The notes under the pieces were generated by a model. It made no database searches, was not told where the DNA came from, and was given only the letters and a program-made list of their open reading frames with translations. DNA of 36,333 nt from Octopus bimaculoides (Eukaryota): positions 85,825,967-85,862,299 of the forward strand of contig NC_068988.1 of the NCBI RefSeq assembly GCF_001194135.2, in the 5' to 3' direction. Below, piece after piece: positions 34,470-36,333 of the stretch; position 1 is the stretch's first letter, and each line of letters begins with the position of its first letter. The translations under genes and the position numbers were made by a program.

Positions 34470-34556
34470 TATTCATACATGCATACATACATACATACAT
34501 ACATACATACATACATACATACATACATACATACATACATGCATGCATGCATACAT
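34470..34556. repeat. (TACA)n microsatellite
   Basis: Direct reading. Confidence 0.9.
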
Positions 34557-35104
34557 ACAGTGTGGAATCTGTCGAAGGACATGTCCTTTCATGTTTATAA
34601 AAACAATGTTCCACTGTTATGTTGTAACTTCTCAGACATCATGTCATAACATGTTTGTTCTGTGTGAAACAGTCGATTCACTGCCAATTTTTGTTACAGA
34701 AGCTGCAGTCATAGACTGACGTGGTGTTTTAATGCGAGACTGGTGTTCACGACTCAGCCTAACCGTTTGTAGCTTACTACATTGCACTGAAAATGACTCC
34801 TTGTTGTATTCTGATCGTTGTAGCTTAATGCATTGTAATATAATAGTATATGCAACTGGCTATGATCGTTTCTAGCTTATGACTCTGTATTATTACAATC
34901 TTCTATCATTCTGACTTTCGTGCACTCTGAAGATTAACAAAAAGAAAACGTGATACTGGTGTACTGAAGATTAAAAATATAAAATACAGTGGTTTAGAGA
35001 TAAAAATTAGGGAAAACATCGTACAGAAAAGTATTATTTTCGCTTGTATTAAACATAATTGCGAATGAAAAGAATTATAACTCTCTTACTCTCTCTTTAC
35101 TCTT

Positions 35105-35305
35105 TTACTTGTTTCAGTCATTTGACTGCGGCCATGCTAGAGCACCGTCTTTAGTCGAGCAAATCGACCCCAGGACTTATTCTTTGGAAGCTTAGTACTT
35201 ATTCTATCGGTCTCTTTTGCCGAACCGCTAAGTTACGGAGACGTAAACACACCAGCATCGGTTGTCAAGTGATGTTGAGGGGACAAATACAGACACACAA
35301 ACATA
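35105..35305 (+). mobile_element. Dispersed repeat family 2, well-preserved copy
   Basis: 'tttacttgtttcagtcatttgactgcggccatgctagagcaccg...gttgtcaagtgatgttgaggggacaaa'. Confidence 0.85.
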
Positions 35306-35542
35306 TACCAGGTGTTTTGTTTTTTTTTCAAGACGTTCAGAAATTAGGAAGGATTATCTCGAAAGCTTTACAGGAATTGCTCGTGCTTTAAAGCGACTTT
35401 TTCAAAAAAAAAAGGAATTCGAATACTATGCGAAGCGTGAAAATTTAAACGCCTATCATGGATACGTCAGAATTGCTTATGGGAACGAATTAGAAGCTCG
35501 GGAGGAAAAGGAGGAGGGAAAAGGAAGAAGAGGTGGAGGAAA

Positions 35543-35651
35543 TGAAGAAGAAGAAGAAGAAGAAGAAGAAGAAGAAGAAGAATGAAGAAGAAGAAGAAGA
35601 AGAAGAAGAAGAAGAAGAAGAAGAAGAAGAAGAAGAAGAAGAAGAAGAAGA
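35543..35651. repeat. (GAA)n microsatellite
   Basis: Direct reading. Confidence 0.95.
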
Positions 35652-35834
35652 ATGCCAAGTAGCCAACACTTAGTGGTGCTTTTGCATAAATGAAAAGCTA
35701 AGAAAAGCAGTTGTACACATGTGCGTACATTTGTATATACATCCACACACGGATATATGTGTGTGTGTGTGCACGTGTGTGCGTATGTGTGTGTATGAAT
35801 ATGTGTGTGTGTGTGTGTCTTTATACTTGTGTCA

Positions 35835-36040
35835 TTATACCTGTGTTTAGTTCTCCAACCGGTGTTGGTTTCTTTATGTCCCCCGTAACTTAGAAGTTCG
35901 GTAAAAGAGAAAGATAGACTAAATAACAGGCTTCAAATTAAGTACTGCTATCGATCTCTTTTCGATCGACACTTCAAAACACTTCAAGACGGTGCCCCGC
36001 TACATGTCCACATGTCTACATGACAGAAGCAAGCAAAAGA
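35835..36040 (-). mobile_element. Dispersed repeat family 2, degenerate copy
   Basis: Reverse complement of the family ('ccccgtaacttagaagttcggtaaaaga'). Confidence 0.6.
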
Positions 36041-36159
36041 GCTAAGGATAATATATACACCGATATACATAAATATATAATCAGATATGGTGATGCAAAC
36101 AAACAAACAAACAAAAAATAGAACTCAAAATATGAGTACATGTATATTTTTATCAATAG

Positions 36160-36249
36160 TTAGTAGAAGCAACAGACTGACCCAAAGTCCGAGTGATTCA
36201 TCAATGGACGAAACTCTCGGACCTTGAGTCACTCAGTTGCTTCTGCTAA
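36160..36249. other. 90-nt bulge-free hairpin (36-nt arms, 18-nt loop)
   Basis: Arms 36160-36195 and 36214-36249 pair at 31 of 36 positions on the plus strand (one G-U) and 32 of 36 on the minus strand. Confidence 0.8.
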
Positions 36250-36261
36250 ACATTAACGAAA

Positions 36262-36305
<44 letters not shown>

Positions 36306-36333
36306 ATATATATTCATATATCTATGCACACAC

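Noticed and set aside
34561-35025. Possible solo LTR (TGT...ACA, 465 bp)
   Set aside because: No target-site duplication, no clear poly(A) signal and no second copy.
35262-35585. 107-aa plus-strand ORF
   Set aside because: It starts in a dispersed repeat at an alternative codon and ends in purine/GAA repeats. No motif or convincing splice pair.

Overview
Eukaryotic, repeat-dense genomic DNA with nine N gaps that mostly abut microsatellites. The SINE families and repeat style suggest an Octopus (coleoid cephalopod) short-read assembly; this is inferred from recall, not from a database match. The only host gene I can support is a minus-strand pancreatic-lipase-family gene: two clear exons (18099-18406; 8513-8741 with GHSLG) and one tentative first exon (19580-19631). 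Exons for the catalytic Asp and His were not found. The rest is transposon debris: mariner, Helitron, hAT MITE, R4/Dong-like, L1/Tx1, RTE, Penelope-like elements (PLE) and SINEs. The main unexpected signal is six type I hammerhead-ribozyme-like motifs from about five sequence families, several within inverted-repeat structures. One has an intact catalytic core and lies in sense orientation in the lipase intron (10139-10214). All alignments and folds were done by eye. Most long ORFs in the supplied track are artefacts of N gaps or microsatellites.
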